This document shows positions 28,545-37,502 of a stretch of DNA of 64,000 bases, piece by piece; position 1 is the stretch's first letter, and every line of letters begins with the position of its first letter. The DNA lies in the IMG/VR virus record IMGVR_UViG_3300037418_002962, positions 26,650-90,649 of that record, one strand, 5' to 3'. The stretch is from a virus (taxonomy: Duplodnaviria; Heunggongvirae; Uroviricota; Caudoviricetes). The translations under genes were made by a program, and so were the position numbers. A model generated the notes under the pieces. It was not told where the DNA came from, made no database searches, and saw only the letters and a program-made list of their open reading frames with translations.

Positions 28545-29483
28545 TTAATCCACCATTACGCTAATTTGGGCTGAAGTATTTGCTGCAAATACTCTTATAC
28601 GTCCTTTAAATGTTGTTGAACTCCATGATCCACCCTGAGATCCGGGACTTGAACCTCCAGTTAAAGAGAAAATAGAAGCATTGACTGGTGCTGCACTATT
28701 AGCAGCAGTTCCATCATCTCTAAGTACCAAAATCTGATCACCACAATTATTTTCAATATCGATATTGGATCTTGAAGTATTTGCAGAAACTGTTGCAACA
28801 AGATTATAAGTTCTACTATCTGGTGTATATGTAAAAGAGGTAACTCCAATATTTGGAAGGGCTGGTTTATTGGCACTAAAATCTGAACCTACAGAGCCAT
28901 TAAAATAAATAACAGCATTATTGCTACCATCAACTAATTGCGCTTTACCAATAACATTATTTCCTGGAGGTATTGATGCTCCTAAAGATACAACACCAGT
29001 TGCTGGTGTTGCAGAATATGATATTGAAGCATTCCCTGTTCCTGTTGTACTTACACGTAATCTTAAATTTGTATGACCAGAACCATTGATTTTTATGGAA
29101 CTGTCCGTTGTTAGAGAGGTTGAAATAATTCCTTCACTCAGTGGCACAAGAGCATTTTTTGAATTCCAGGTTGTTCCATTATCATTAGAAGCTTCAATTG
29201 CAAGAGTTGCACCAGATCCTGTCAACCCTGTAATTTGCATACCAACAGTTGCAGTTGCATTACTCAGTGCAATTGAGAATGCATTATTAGCACCAGTAAG
29301 ATTTAATGTCTGGGATGTTTGTCGTGTATCTGGTTGAGAAGTTGGAAGAATAGCAATATAATTTCCATTAGCATCTACTAAAGTATGTGCAGGAGCAATA
29401 TTGTTATTAGCATCTTTGGCAACAATTGCAGTTTGTAGATTACCTAAACCATCAATAATTGCTACGTTGGAAATTCCTGTCAT
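28545..29483 (-). CDS. Virion structural/fibre protein
   Basis: S/T/N/A-rich; N-terminal 40 aa shared with 32366..33181. Confidence 0.65.
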   Translation of the reverse strand: MTGISNVAIIDGLGNLQTAIVAKDANNNIAPAHTLVDANGNYIAILPTSQPDTRQTSQTLNLTGANNAFSIALSNATATVGMQITGLTGSGATLAIEASNDNGTTWNSKNALVPLSEGIISTSLTTDSSIKINGSGHTNLRLRVSTTGTGNASISYSATPATGVVSLGASIPPGNNVIGKAQLVDGSNNAVIYFNGSVGSDFSANKPALPNIGVTSFTYTPDSRTYNLVATVSANTSRSNIDIENNCGDQILVLRDDGTAANSAAPVNASIFSLTGGSSPGSQGGSWSSTTFKGRIRVFAANTSAQISVMVD

Positions 29484-29525
29484 TTATGCCTCTTATAAAT
29501 TCATTATAGATTATTTATGTGATTA

Positions 29526-29942
29526 TTATTTTATAAACCAGTCTTTTGATGCCCATACTCCTAGGACTGCAGCACTTTCATCAGGGTCACAAGGAATAAG
29601 CCCATATACAGTTGGATCAAATGGAATCTCAGAAGGTGTAGTTGTGGACCGAATTGCAACATACCAGTAATTTGGATCACCAATAGCAGGTTGTGTAATC
29701 TGTTGTTGTGTATCAGGATCTATATAAGTAATAGCAGGTTGTCCAGTACGTCCAAAAAAGGTTAGTGTATTATCATCTGCAGTAACGTTGTTACCCGAGT
29801 TATCGCGAGGATCGCCAAGCATATTTGCAGGTAAATTCCCATCCATAATAATATTTGCTGCACGTAAGGCAGCTAGTGCCTGCAAGGCAGTACCAAGTGA
29901 TGCAAGTGGAAACTTGAAACGGTAGTCGTTATAGAATGTCAT
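29526..29942 (-). CDS. Fibre-associated protein (possible chaperone)
   Basis: Coupled downstream of the 807-aa fibre gene. Confidence 0.55.
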   Translation of the reverse strand: MTFYNDYRFKFPLASLGTALQALAALRAANIIMDGNLPANMLGDPRDNSGNNVTADDNTLTFFGRTGQPAITYIDPDTQQQITQPAIGDPNYWYVAIRSTTTPSEIPFDPTVYGLIPCDPDESAAVLGVWASKDWFIK

Positions 29943-32362
29943 CGGGTTGCCTGAATCAGTTCTGTTGTATTAAGTTGACGCGTCCAGTACTTGAGCGACT
30001 TTACGTACCAAGCTGGCTGTAGGGCGCGCGTAGATGAGAGATTAATCACATGTATTTCTGGTGTGTTAGCATTTAACCCTGTGGTAACAGAGCCGTTCAC
30101 TGCTGTCCTAACATTCTGTGAGCGAAAGGTGAAACCTGCCTTAAAGGAACCAGTGATATTTGAACCTAACGTGGAGTCTACTCCTGTAGAAGAGTTACCC
30201 ACAAATATTTGTGCGAGTATACCGCCTGATAAGGTTTCTCTACAGATAATCGCATCATTACCATTATTGGTGATAGCTGAGAGGGAAAAGAGATCCTGTG
30301 AAGATCCTTGTATAAAGTTAATGCTACCTGAACCAATTAGGGTACCTGCCGAGGGATTCACATAAGTCCCTGTTATATTAGCCACGTCAAAGGCCCGAGT
30401 TGCTGTCGAACCGGAAGTTGGTATGACTGCTGTTGCACCACCTGTAAATGAAAACTTTTCCAATTGTGGCATTCCAATTCTTAGAGTAAAATTTACTGCA
30501 CCGCTACTGTTAAATCTAAGTCCTGTATTGACAAAAGCGGTGTTTGCTGGTGCAGTAAAAGTTTGTGAGACTCGTTGCGTGGCTAATGGGTTGGTAGTGG
30601 GAGTGAAAGTTGTGAACTGCTGACTTATGAAAGCAGCACCACTATCGTAGTATCGCACTGTTATTTCGATATCAGTCAGGTTCGTAAGAGTGCCAGACAT
30701 CAACCGGAAGTAAGCCGATGCCGTCCATATTTGTCCTGGCGAAGCCGCCTGCGCAGTTGTGGCATCAAATGCGGAGAAAGCCCCGACCTGTGCTGAACCA
30801 TTATTTATGGCTTCATCAATAAAGTTTATACCTGACTCAGTACCAAGACCGGCAACAGTCCAAAGAGCCCAGCTTGCCCAATTAGTTGGTTGTGTGCCTG
30901 GAGAACCAACCGCAGCACCAGCCATTGTATTATTACGGATAGCGTTTGTTGACTGTGGCTCCATCAATAAGCCTAGTGGTACTGCTCCTAATGTATCTGG
31001 TGCAGTTGAGGTTGGAATCCATGCTGATGCCTGTGGCATCAATTCCCATTGTGGTGCGCCAATATCAATAGTGTAGTTAAATGTCTGACCGCTACCAAAA
31101 TAAAATAGGATCGAATAGCCTAGCTGATAATCAGCAGCAGTCGCCGGGGTTTGTGTTGAAGTAAATCGTGTCCATGTACTCGTCACAGTTTGCGCCGGTT
31201 GGAGATCGGTCACAACATTACCTGACAAATCCTTGTTTTGCCCCCACATTGTTATTGATGTACCGGAACCAGTCCAAGTGCCACTAACAGTTGCCATATA
31301 CACTGATTGAGTGTACTTGATACCAGGATAAAGACGGAATTTAAGATTGTTTGAACCGCTTGTCATTCCTATGTTATGGACACTTGCCCCGGATGAAGTA
31401 CCTGCAAGATTAATTCGTAGAGCAGGCTTACCATCGGTAGCCGTCACTAGTCCTATTACACTTATAGTAATACCGCTGCTAGTCTGTGTTGCTGTGCTAG
31501 ATCCGTTAATGGTCCATCCTGTCGGCAAAACTCCAGCAGCACCACCGCTGGCACTTGAATTAGGTATCCAGTTGATATACTGATTCGAGGCGACTGTACC
31601 AGTTGTCCGCACTATAGTGCTGCTAGCGGATGACGCAAATTCTAGTTGTGGCAGGCCGATGCGGATAGTAAAGCTAACTGTTACACCTGTATTATATTGT
31701 ATGTTCCAAGATGGCGTAATAAAGGCTGTCGTGGAACCACCAGAAAGTATTCTCGTATAGCTTCCACGTTGGCTAGCTAAGGGTGAACCTGTTGCAGTGA
31801 AGGTTCCGCGACCGTTTGTCAGAAAAGTACCGCCTGACGTATATTCATTCAATCCCCAAGCTGGTGGTAAATTCGTAGAGCCAAAAGATCCAGAAATGAG
31901 ACGAGAATAACCCGAAAGTGTCCAAGTCTGTCCGTTAGAACATGGAGCACCATTAATGTTAGTGTTGTTAAATGATACTGATAGGTTAGTGAGGGCGTTT
32001 GTGGTGCCAGAATATGCCACATCAATGTAAGGAATGTCGCTTTCCGTGCCAATTCCGACAATAGACGCAGTTACACCACTCCCCGCATTTATTACCCAAC
32101 CTGTTGGTGCGGTACCAGGACTACCAGCAACAGCACCCTGCATAGTGTTGTTGGTGATGTAATTGGTAACAACAGGTTTTGGTCCATAGTCAAATCGAGG
32201 GACATTTGTGGATGCAGTCTGCAGAGTGCCAGTCGAATCAAAATATGTTGCAGAACTTGCACGAGTAAATGTAACTCTTGGATCAAGCGAACCAGTTTGA
32301 AAATTCAGACTTAAAGAAGGAGTGCTCACACCAGCTAAAAGCATGTTAGAAAAATCTGACAA
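29939..32362 (-). CDS. Fibre/spike protein with three repeated putative carbohydrate-binding modules
   Basis: FTRASSATYFD..PRFDY, GLLME..STN; repeats of (P)TGW...IG(L/A/M)PQ(L/W)E. Confidence 0.7.
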   Translation of the reverse strand: MSDFSNMLLAGVSTPSLSLNFQTGSLDPRVTFTRASSATYFDSTGTLQTASTNVPRFDYGPKPVVTNYITNNTMQGAVAGSPGTAPTGWVINAGSGVTASIVGIGTESDIPYIDVAYSGTTNALTNLSVSFNNTNINGAPCSNGQTWTLSGYSRLISGSFGSTNLPPAWGLNEYTSGGTFLTNGRGTFTATGSPLASQRGSYTRILSGGSTTAFITPSWNIQYNTGVTVSFTIRIGLPQLEFASSASSTIVRTTGTVASNQYINWIPNSSASGGAAGVLPTGWTINGSSTATQTSSGITISVIGLVTATDGKPALRINLAGTSSGASVHNIGMTSGSNNLKFRLYPGIKYTQSVYMATVSGTWTGSGTSITMWGQNKDLSGNVVTDLQPAQTVTSTWTRFTSTQTPATAADYQLGYSILFYFGSGQTFNYTIDIGAPQWELMPQASAWIPTSTAPDTLGAVPLGLLMEPQSTNAIRNNTMAGAAVGSPGTQPTNWASWALWTVAGLGTESGINFIDEAINNGSAQVGAFSAFDATTAQAASPGQIWTASAYFRLMSGTLTNLTDIEITVRYYDSGAAFISQQFTTFTPTTNPLATQRVSQTFTAPANTAFVNTGLRFNSSGAVNFTLRIGMPQLEKFSFTGGATAVIPTSGSTATRAFDVANITGTYVNPSAGTLIGSGSINFIQGSSQDLFSLSAITNNGNDAIICRETLSGGILAQIFVGNSSTGVDSTLGSNITGSFKAGFTFRSQNVRTAVNGSVTTGLNANTPEIHVINLSSTRALQPAWYVKSLKYWTRQLNTTELIQATR

Positions 32363-32365
32363 GAT

Positions 32366-33181
32366 TTAATTCCAGATCTCAGGAGTTAGTGTAAATGTCT
32401 GACCACTGATAGGGGTAGCAGAAGATTGAATCTGAATATCCCAATAAAGCAATGCACCAGAATCAGGATGAATTACAGGAATACTGCCAACTATAGGAAC
32501 CATGTTGCAAAATGCACCATCACCTTGTTGCGTAAAGCTTCCTGAATATTGAGCCCGAACCTTAGAAGAGCCTGTAGCTACAGCATATGTTCCACCATCA
32601 CCATTAGTATATGTGGGAGCAGCAGTGAATATTGTAACAACAACAAAAACTGATCCCCAACCTGTTGTTACGTTTGTTGTTAGATTGCATCTCGGAATTC
32701 CAGCATATCCGCCTGATGTCAGAATTGAGAATGACGAAACAGCAATTGATGTATTAGTTGTATTTGAAGCAATAAGTTGGGGTGTTGCAAATGTACCAGC
32801 ATATGCAGTAGTATTTGATGGTCTTGTTAATGTTGACTGTGGTGTTGATAATGTTGGTGAAAGATAGAATATCTTGTTGTTAATAGCAGTTGAAACAGCA
32901 TTTACACTAGTATTCACAGAGACCAGCCCTGTAGTTACTGAGTTAACTGTAGTATTAACAGAAACTAATCCAGTAACAATAGCATTTGCTGTTGTGTTGA
33001 CGGAAACAAGACCAGTCACTACCGAATTTACTGTTGCATCCTGGGCAACAGTAATTGAAATGCCATTAGCATCTACCAGAGTATGGGCAGGAGCGATATT
33101 ATTATTAGCATCTACTGCAACAATAGCAGTCTTTAAATTGCCAACCCCATCGATAATTGTTACGTTGCTAATTCCTGCCAT
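32366..33181 (-). CDS. Virion structural/fibre protein
   Basis: Shared N-terminal module; GLVSVNT repeats; TRPSNTTAY. Confidence 0.65.
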   Translation of the reverse strand: MAGISNVTIIDGVGNLKTAIVAVDANNNIAPAHTLVDANGISITVAQDATVNSVVTGLVSVNTTANAIVTGLVSVNTTVNSVTTGLVSVNTSVNAVSTAINNKIFYLSPTLSTPQSTLTRPSNTTAYAGTFATPQLIASNTTNTSIAVSSFSILTSGGYAGIPRCNLTTNVTTGWGSVFVVVTIFTAAPTYTNGDGGTYAVATGSSKVRAQYSGSFTQQGDGAFCNMVPIVGSIPVIHPDSGALLYWDIQIQSSATPISGQTFTLTPEIWN

Positions 33182-33226
33182 TATTATAATTTTCCTTTAA
33201 TAATTATATTTAATATTTATGAGAAT

Positions 33227-33619
33227 TTATAATCTTCCAAATATTAAATCGATCCCGCTTAGTAATTTTTTGGAAAGATTCCAGTAAGGAATTTGCCCGG
33301 TGCTATATTGGAAAGTTGAAGTTTTATTAAATTCTACCAGGACTGTTGACCCAGAATTTACAGTAATCTGAATATTATTTGAAGAAAAATCTGTAAATGC
33401 TACTTCTTGTAGGTCTATCGGAAGATTAGTTTGAAAAATTAAGTTTCCACCCCTGGATATACTTGCCCCTCCAGAGGTTAATATTTTTGTAATCGAAGCT
33501 CCAGTGACAGCTTCGATATAGTTATTAGTAGAATATCCTAGATCAGCAACATTAAAAGTTGTATTCGAGGTTGTTCTGAAGGTACATCTACCTTTTGGAG
33601 CGTTCTTGACGATTGGCAT
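33227..33619 (-). CDS. Hypothetical (probable structural) protein
   Basis: AAGGA RBS; first gene of the late minus-strand block. Confidence 0.55.
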   Translation of the reverse strand: MPIVKNAPKGRCTFRTTSNTTFNVADLGYSTNNYIEAVTGASITKILTSGGASISRGGNLIFQTNLPIDLQEVAFTDFSSNNIQITVNSGSTVLVEFNKTSTFQYSTGQIPYWNLSKKLLSGIDLIFGRL

Positions 33620-33677
33620 AAAATTCCTTTAATAATTGTGTATATTATTTATAAAAAAATTTTAATGTGTTTGGAGC

Positions 33678-33708
33678 TTGACAAAGGTTCTAAAAGTGGC
33701 TATAAATA
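33678..33708 (+). promoter_or_regulatory. Composite sigma70 / T4-late promoter
   Basis: TTGACA-N17-TATAAA, with the -10 forming TATAAATA. Confidence 0.65.
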
Positions 33709-33825
33709 TTTTTGTATGCGGGTATAGCATAAAATTAATGCACTTCCCTTCCAAGGAAGACAACTCGGGGAAGTACCGAGTATCCGCTCCATTAATTATT
33801 TCAATGACTTACAAGGTTTATATCA

Positions 33826-33989
33826 TGATTTACAGCAACTATGACGAAATGCTTAAAGCAACTCTTAAGGGGCTTAGAATCTCTCCTGAAGATTGGGGTA
33901 AGATCCTAGATGTTGTGCATAAGATGCAGAAGGAAGCCTATAAGAATGGCTTTGATAAGGGTTGGGAAGAAGCAACCCTTTTGGACTAA
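33826..33989 (+). CDS. Small hypothetical protein (start moved from 33678)
   Basis: The track's TTG start is the -35 box; ATG at 33826. Confidence 0.55.
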
Positions 33990-34146
33990 AAGGAATTAGT
34001 CATGTTTCATGTTGTTGTAATTCAGGATAACCTTTATCCAAAGGTTTATGATTTCCATTCCTATGATGCTGCCTTCAGCTATTTTACCCATATGGTAAAA
34101 AGGGATTATTATGTTTGTCTCCTGGATAAGGATAATAAGATACTAA

Positions 34147-34359
34147 ATGCAACTCCATAAAAAATTTCATAAGGAACTCTGGGAAGTTCTGGAGGATAAG
34201 ATTCCTCTTAACTGTATATTTCCAAGATATAAACAGGCGAAGTATGGTTGGGGACTTGACTTACCAAATTATAAGTGGTATTTGTCTCCTTTTCCAATTC
34301 GGAAGAATCTTATGGTAAGATATTCTGGTGGAATCAATTTTAGGAAGGTAAACGAATGA
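34147..34359 (+). CDS. Hypothetical protein
   Basis: Packed ORF; start uncertain. Confidence 0.45.
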   Translation: MQLHKKFHKELWEVLEDKIPLNCIFPRYKQAKYGWGLDLPNYKWYLSPFPIRKNLMVRYSGGINFRKVNE

Positions 34360-34571
34360 AATTCTGGAAGCAAATTATTAATTTCAATCAGAAATATTGG
34401 AATATGCCTTTTGGGATTTCCCTAGGAATTCTGCAATTTTTTCTTGCTCCTGTTTTGCTTAATCTAATCTTTTATGTAATTTCAGGAATTTGGTGGTTGC
34501 TTGACTATTGGTCAGCATTCGTATTAATGATTTTTCCAATGTGTCTAATAACATGGGCAAAGATAAGTTAA
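34356..34571 (+). CDS. Small membrane protein
   Basis: Hydrophobic helices. Confidence 0.6.
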   Translation: MKFWKQIINFNQKYWNMPFGISLGILQFFLAPVLLNLIFYVISGIWWLLDYWSAFVLMIFPMCLITWAKIS

Positions 34572-34582
34572 AGGAGAGAAAA

Positions 34583-34750
34583 ATGGAACCAGCTTTTATA
34601 ATTTTTCTAGGATTTGTTGTTCTTGTTTTTGCTATAACAGCAAATTTTATTATCTCAGATACAATACAGAAATTTATTTTTCATGCATTTTTTCTATTTG
34701 CAGGAATTCTATCTGTAGTTCTTATGGTCTTTGGCACTCATTTGAAATAA
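34583..34750 (+). CDS. Small membrane protein
   Basis: AAGGAG RBS; two hydrophobic segments. Confidence 0.6.
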   Translation: MEPAFIIFLGFVVLVFAITANFIISDTIQKFIFHAFFLFAGILSVVLMVFGTHLK

Positions 34751-34941
34751 TGTTTAAGACTAAGAGAGTTGAGATTCCTCCTTACTATGATCTCTGGATG
34801 CAAGGTGCAAGAATGGGAACAGTAAGGAAAGAATTTACTGGAGATGATGGAGTTCGTTATTATAAGGTAAATATGGACCATCCACAAGTCAAAAGGCTTG
34901 CAACGGTTATTGCAGAAGACTGTGTAGAAAGGAATTATTAA
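34750..34941 (+). CDS. Hypothetical protein
   Basis: TAATG overlap; PPYYDLWMQGARMG. Confidence 0.65.
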   Translation: MFKTKRVEIPPYYDLWMQGARMGTVRKEFTGDDGVRYYKVNMDHPQVKRLATVIAEDCVERNY

Positions 34942-35157
34942 ATGATGAAATGGATTATCGTTTATCCTTGTGGTAATCGAAACAAGATTGCCATTGCTCA
35001 AGCTTATCCTTATGAAGTTTCTGAATATGCCCTTGCTTCACGTCAAAGTTTTTATAGTGAAAAAGAAGCTGCAGAATATGCAATAGAACTTGCAGAAACC
35101 CATGGCAAGATTTGCGAAATCAACGGACAATATAAAGTCCATGATTATTTGGATTAA
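34942..35157 (+). CDS. Hypothetical protein
   Basis: Packed ORF. Confidence 0.6.
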   Translation: MMKWIIVYPCGNRNKIAIAQAYPYEVSEYALASRQSFYSEKEAAEYAIELAETHGKICEINGQYKVHDYLD

Positions 35158-35522
35158 TGGAAAGGAATTATATAATGAAGAAAATTATTTTAGGAATTTC
35201 ACTTGGGATGGCATTAATTTTTGCCTCTTCTGTCCATGCCATTACAATGGAACAGGTAACAGAGGCACAAGATTTGATGAAGGATATTAAAGATAAGAAA
35301 GCAAAACTAGATATTTTGAAAAAAGATTGTAAGAATAAAATTGCAATTATAATACCTCTTTCTTATTATAATTCTGATTGTTGTGTAAATTACATTCAGA
35401 GAAATAATAATTCAGAGCAAAGCATTTATGAAACTATTGATTCAAAGGTTATAATCGACAATCTACAAAAAGAAATTGATGAAGATGTCAAGAAGCTTAA
35501 CAAGATTGGAGTTACACCATAA
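35157..35522 (+). CDS. Putative exported protein
   Basis: MKKIILGISLGMALIFASSVHA signal peptide. Confidence 0.6.
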   Translation: MERNYIMKKIILGISLGMALIFASSVHAITMEQVTEAQDLMKDIKDKKAKLDILKKDCKNKIAIIIPLSYYNSDCCVNYIQRNNNSEQSIYETIDSKVIIDNLQKEIDEDVKKLNKIGVTP

Positions 35523-35523
35523 A

Positions 35524-35754
35524 ATGAAAGTATATATCGTTTCAATCTGGAACTGCTATCACGATTTGACTGATGATCGCACAAAGGTTTTTGAGAGTCT
35601 TAAGGATGCAAAGGCTTATGGCGAAAAGGTTGCCAAACAAGAAGGCATTGAAGAGACCGATTCTGTAGTTTGGGAAAAGAAGGAAGATAAAAGGGAAACT
35701 TGGTATTATGGTCATGATGATGGAATTTATGTCACAGAATTTTATGTGAACTAA
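35524..35754 (+). CDS. Hypothetical protein
   Basis: MKVYIV...KVFESLKDAK. Confidence 0.65.
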   Translation: MKVYIVSIWNCYHDLTDDRTKVFESLKDAKAYGEKVAKQEGIEETDSVVWEKKEDKRETWYYGHDDGIYVTEFYVN

Positions 35755-36051
35755 ATGTCTGAATATCATGTTCAGCTTCCCGATAATTTCGTTCCTATCA
35801 AATATCCAGGATACTATTGGGATATTGAGGGTAAGAAGCTTTATTCATTGAAGACTTTCGGTTGTCTGAAGGCTCTTACCCATCAACCTGCAAGACGTTT
35901 CCATTTTAGAAATTCTTTTGGTAAGATGGAATATATGGAAAGATTAGCAGGATATTCCATTTCTCATCATGGAAAGAGACATGTGGTTTCAGATATGTAT
36001 CTGGCTCGTTTAGGATCATTGAAAGAAAATTATACAATCGAAATGGTTTAG
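35755..36051 (+). CDS. Hypothetical phage protein
   Basis: YPGYYWD..KLYSLK. Confidence 0.6.
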   Translation: MSEYHVQLPDNFVPIKYPGYYWDIEGKKLYSLKTFGCLKALTHQPARRFHFRNSFGKMEYMERLAGYSISHHGKRHVVSDMYLARLGSLKENYTIEMV

Positions 36052-36140
36052 GTTGGTATAGGGAAGTGGTTGAACTCATGGGACTGCAAATCCCATTGCT
36101 GAAAGGCACATCGCGAGTTCGAATCTTGCTGCCAACTCCA
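36052..36140 (+). tRNA. tRNA-Cys(GCA) with a class II long variable arm
   Basis: Acceptor GTTGGTA/TGCCAAC + U73 + CCA; TGGGA-CTGCAAA-TCCCA; variable TGCT-GAAA-GGCA; T arm GCGAG-TTCGAAT-CTTGC. Confidence 0.9.
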
Positions 36141-36158
36141 AATTTTTTGAAATAGATA

Positions 36159-36187
36159 TTGACATATAAATAATCTTTTGTTATATT
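36159..36187 (+). promoter_or_regulatory. Composite promoter for the putative ncRNA
   Basis: TTGACA-N17-TATATT with TATAAATA (36165-36172) in the spacer. Confidence 0.75.
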
Positions 36188-36194
36188 GGTTTTG

Positions 36195-36733
36195 TTAGCT
36201 CTCCTGAATTGACAGGGTGAAATGTAGACGGATTGAACAGTGCAGGATAATTATTAGTCCACTGGTATTATTCTCTGGTCGAATGATGGCTGTTTGGAAA
36301 GTCTTTGACGGATTTGGATATAAATCTAGTAGGCATGGTAGGTGGTCAACCCATCCTAGGCAATATATTCATAGGGCATTGGTCAGTTTAAAGACCGGAA
36401 CAAACTTTTCCTAGTTTAGTAAAACTAGGTGGCGGGAATGGTGAGGTTTGTGAGAGATACTGTCTTTTACTTAATAGTTGGATCTTTGCAACTATAGCTT
36501 AGAAGAAAACTAGCTACGCCCCCAATTGTCTCATAAACCCCAAGCTAAAACTTGGGTGGAGATTCGCTCAGAAATGAGTATAGGTGGAAGAAATTCGCGA
36601 CCTATCTTAATTTTACCTCAGGCCACGAAAAGTAGCCAGAGAGTCACCGGAATGTATAAATGTTCGTGGGTGGCAAAATCCTGGAAAAGAACTCGGAAGC
36701 GTGGTTAAATAATTTCCAAGTTCTTTTCCAGAT
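36195..36733 (+). ncRNA. Candidate large structured non-coding RNA
   Basis: Approx. 540 nt without a credible gene; many hairpins and long-range helices; own promoter; next to a tRNA. Confidence 0.6.
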
Positions 36734-36746
36734 GAATTTCTAAATT

Positions 36747-36995
36747 ATGGAGATGGTTATGTTTAAACCAATGTATAACGAACCGTATGAAGTTATGTTA
36801 GAAGATGCTGATATTGATTTTTCAGCAGCACATAGAACTATTCGTAACTTGGTCAAAGAACTTGCCGAAAAAGGATATCCTTTGAATGGAATTGAACTAG
36901 CCCTTTATAATACTATTTCATATGAATGCTCTAGCTATAAACTTCAAAGAAATTTTGAAATTCATAAAGAACAAAAAGGACTGAAGAAGGAATAA
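36747..36995 (+). CDS. Hypothetical protein
   Basis: ORF after the ncRNA candidate; start may be 36759. Confidence 0.6.
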   Translation: MEMVMFKPMYNEPYEVMLEDADIDFSAAHRTIRNLVKELAEKGYPLNGIELALYNTISYECSSYKLQRNFEIHKEQKGLKKE

Positions 36996-36996
36996 A

Positions 36997-37311
36997 ATGG
37001 ATAATATAGCAAGAGAAGGTGAATATACTTATGAAAAATTTCCCATTCAGATAACCTATAATACTGTAGCTCTTTTAAGTCTGTTTACATTGAATAATGG
37101 AAATTTTTCAGATCTGGAAGACTGTTGGGTTTGGCATTATGATGATCCAAGAGAAATGGCAAAATCTGCAGCAAAACAGTTTATTGATCGTCTAGAAAAA
37201 CACTATAATGTAGTTTTTCTAATTGCTTTAAGGAATGCAATTACTGATAGGCTTAAAAAGGATGATGAACAATTCGGAACTAATCATGCTAATAAAGATG
37301 AAATTATATAA
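36997..37311 (+). CDS. Hypothetical protein
   Basis: AAGGA RBS. Confidence 0.65.
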   Translation: MDNIAREGEYTYEKFPIQITYNTVALLSLFTLNNGNFSDLEDCWVWHYDDPREMAKSAAKQFIDRLEKHYNVVFLIALRNAITDRLKKDDEQFGTNHANKDEII

Positions 37312-37316
37312 TTAAA

Positions 37317-37502
37317 ATGGTAATTTTTCTCCTTATTGTAATCTACATTATGATAGCTTGCTTTCATGCGGGTTGTTTTAGAAATTCTATAAAATATGAT
37401 GCAGACTTATTTGTTTATTCTGTATTCTGGCCTTTACATTTGATTTGGCTTTACTTTAAAGTTATATTTTATTCCGGAAAGTTTTTTGCTGATTTTTTCT
37501 AA
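37317..37502 (+). CDS. Small membrane protein
   Basis: Hydrophobic; FWP motif. Confidence 0.55.
   Translation: MVIFLLIVIYIMIACFHAGCFRNSIKYDADLFVYSVFWPLHLIWLYFKVIFYSGKFFADFF

Noticed and set aside
27350-33200. Plus-strand ORFs opposite the fibre genes (e.g. 29991..30365, 30759..31076, 32874..33200)
   Set aside because: Antisense open frames expected opposite long S/T/G/A-rich genes; no RBS or motifs
33678-33825. N-terminal extension of ORF 33678..33989
   Set aside because: The TTG start is the -35 box of a promoter; ATG 33826 is the more plausible start
36290-36310. RNase P RNA or tmRNA identity for the ncRNA candidate
   Set aside because: GGAAAGTC resembles RNase P CR-I, but the full GAGGAAAGUCC and a CR-V partner were not found; no tRNA-like CCA end for tmRNA
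36217-36708. ORFs 36217..36414 and 36526..36708 as real proteins
   Set aside because: GTG/TTG starts without RBS, atypical composition; sequence better explained by RNA helices
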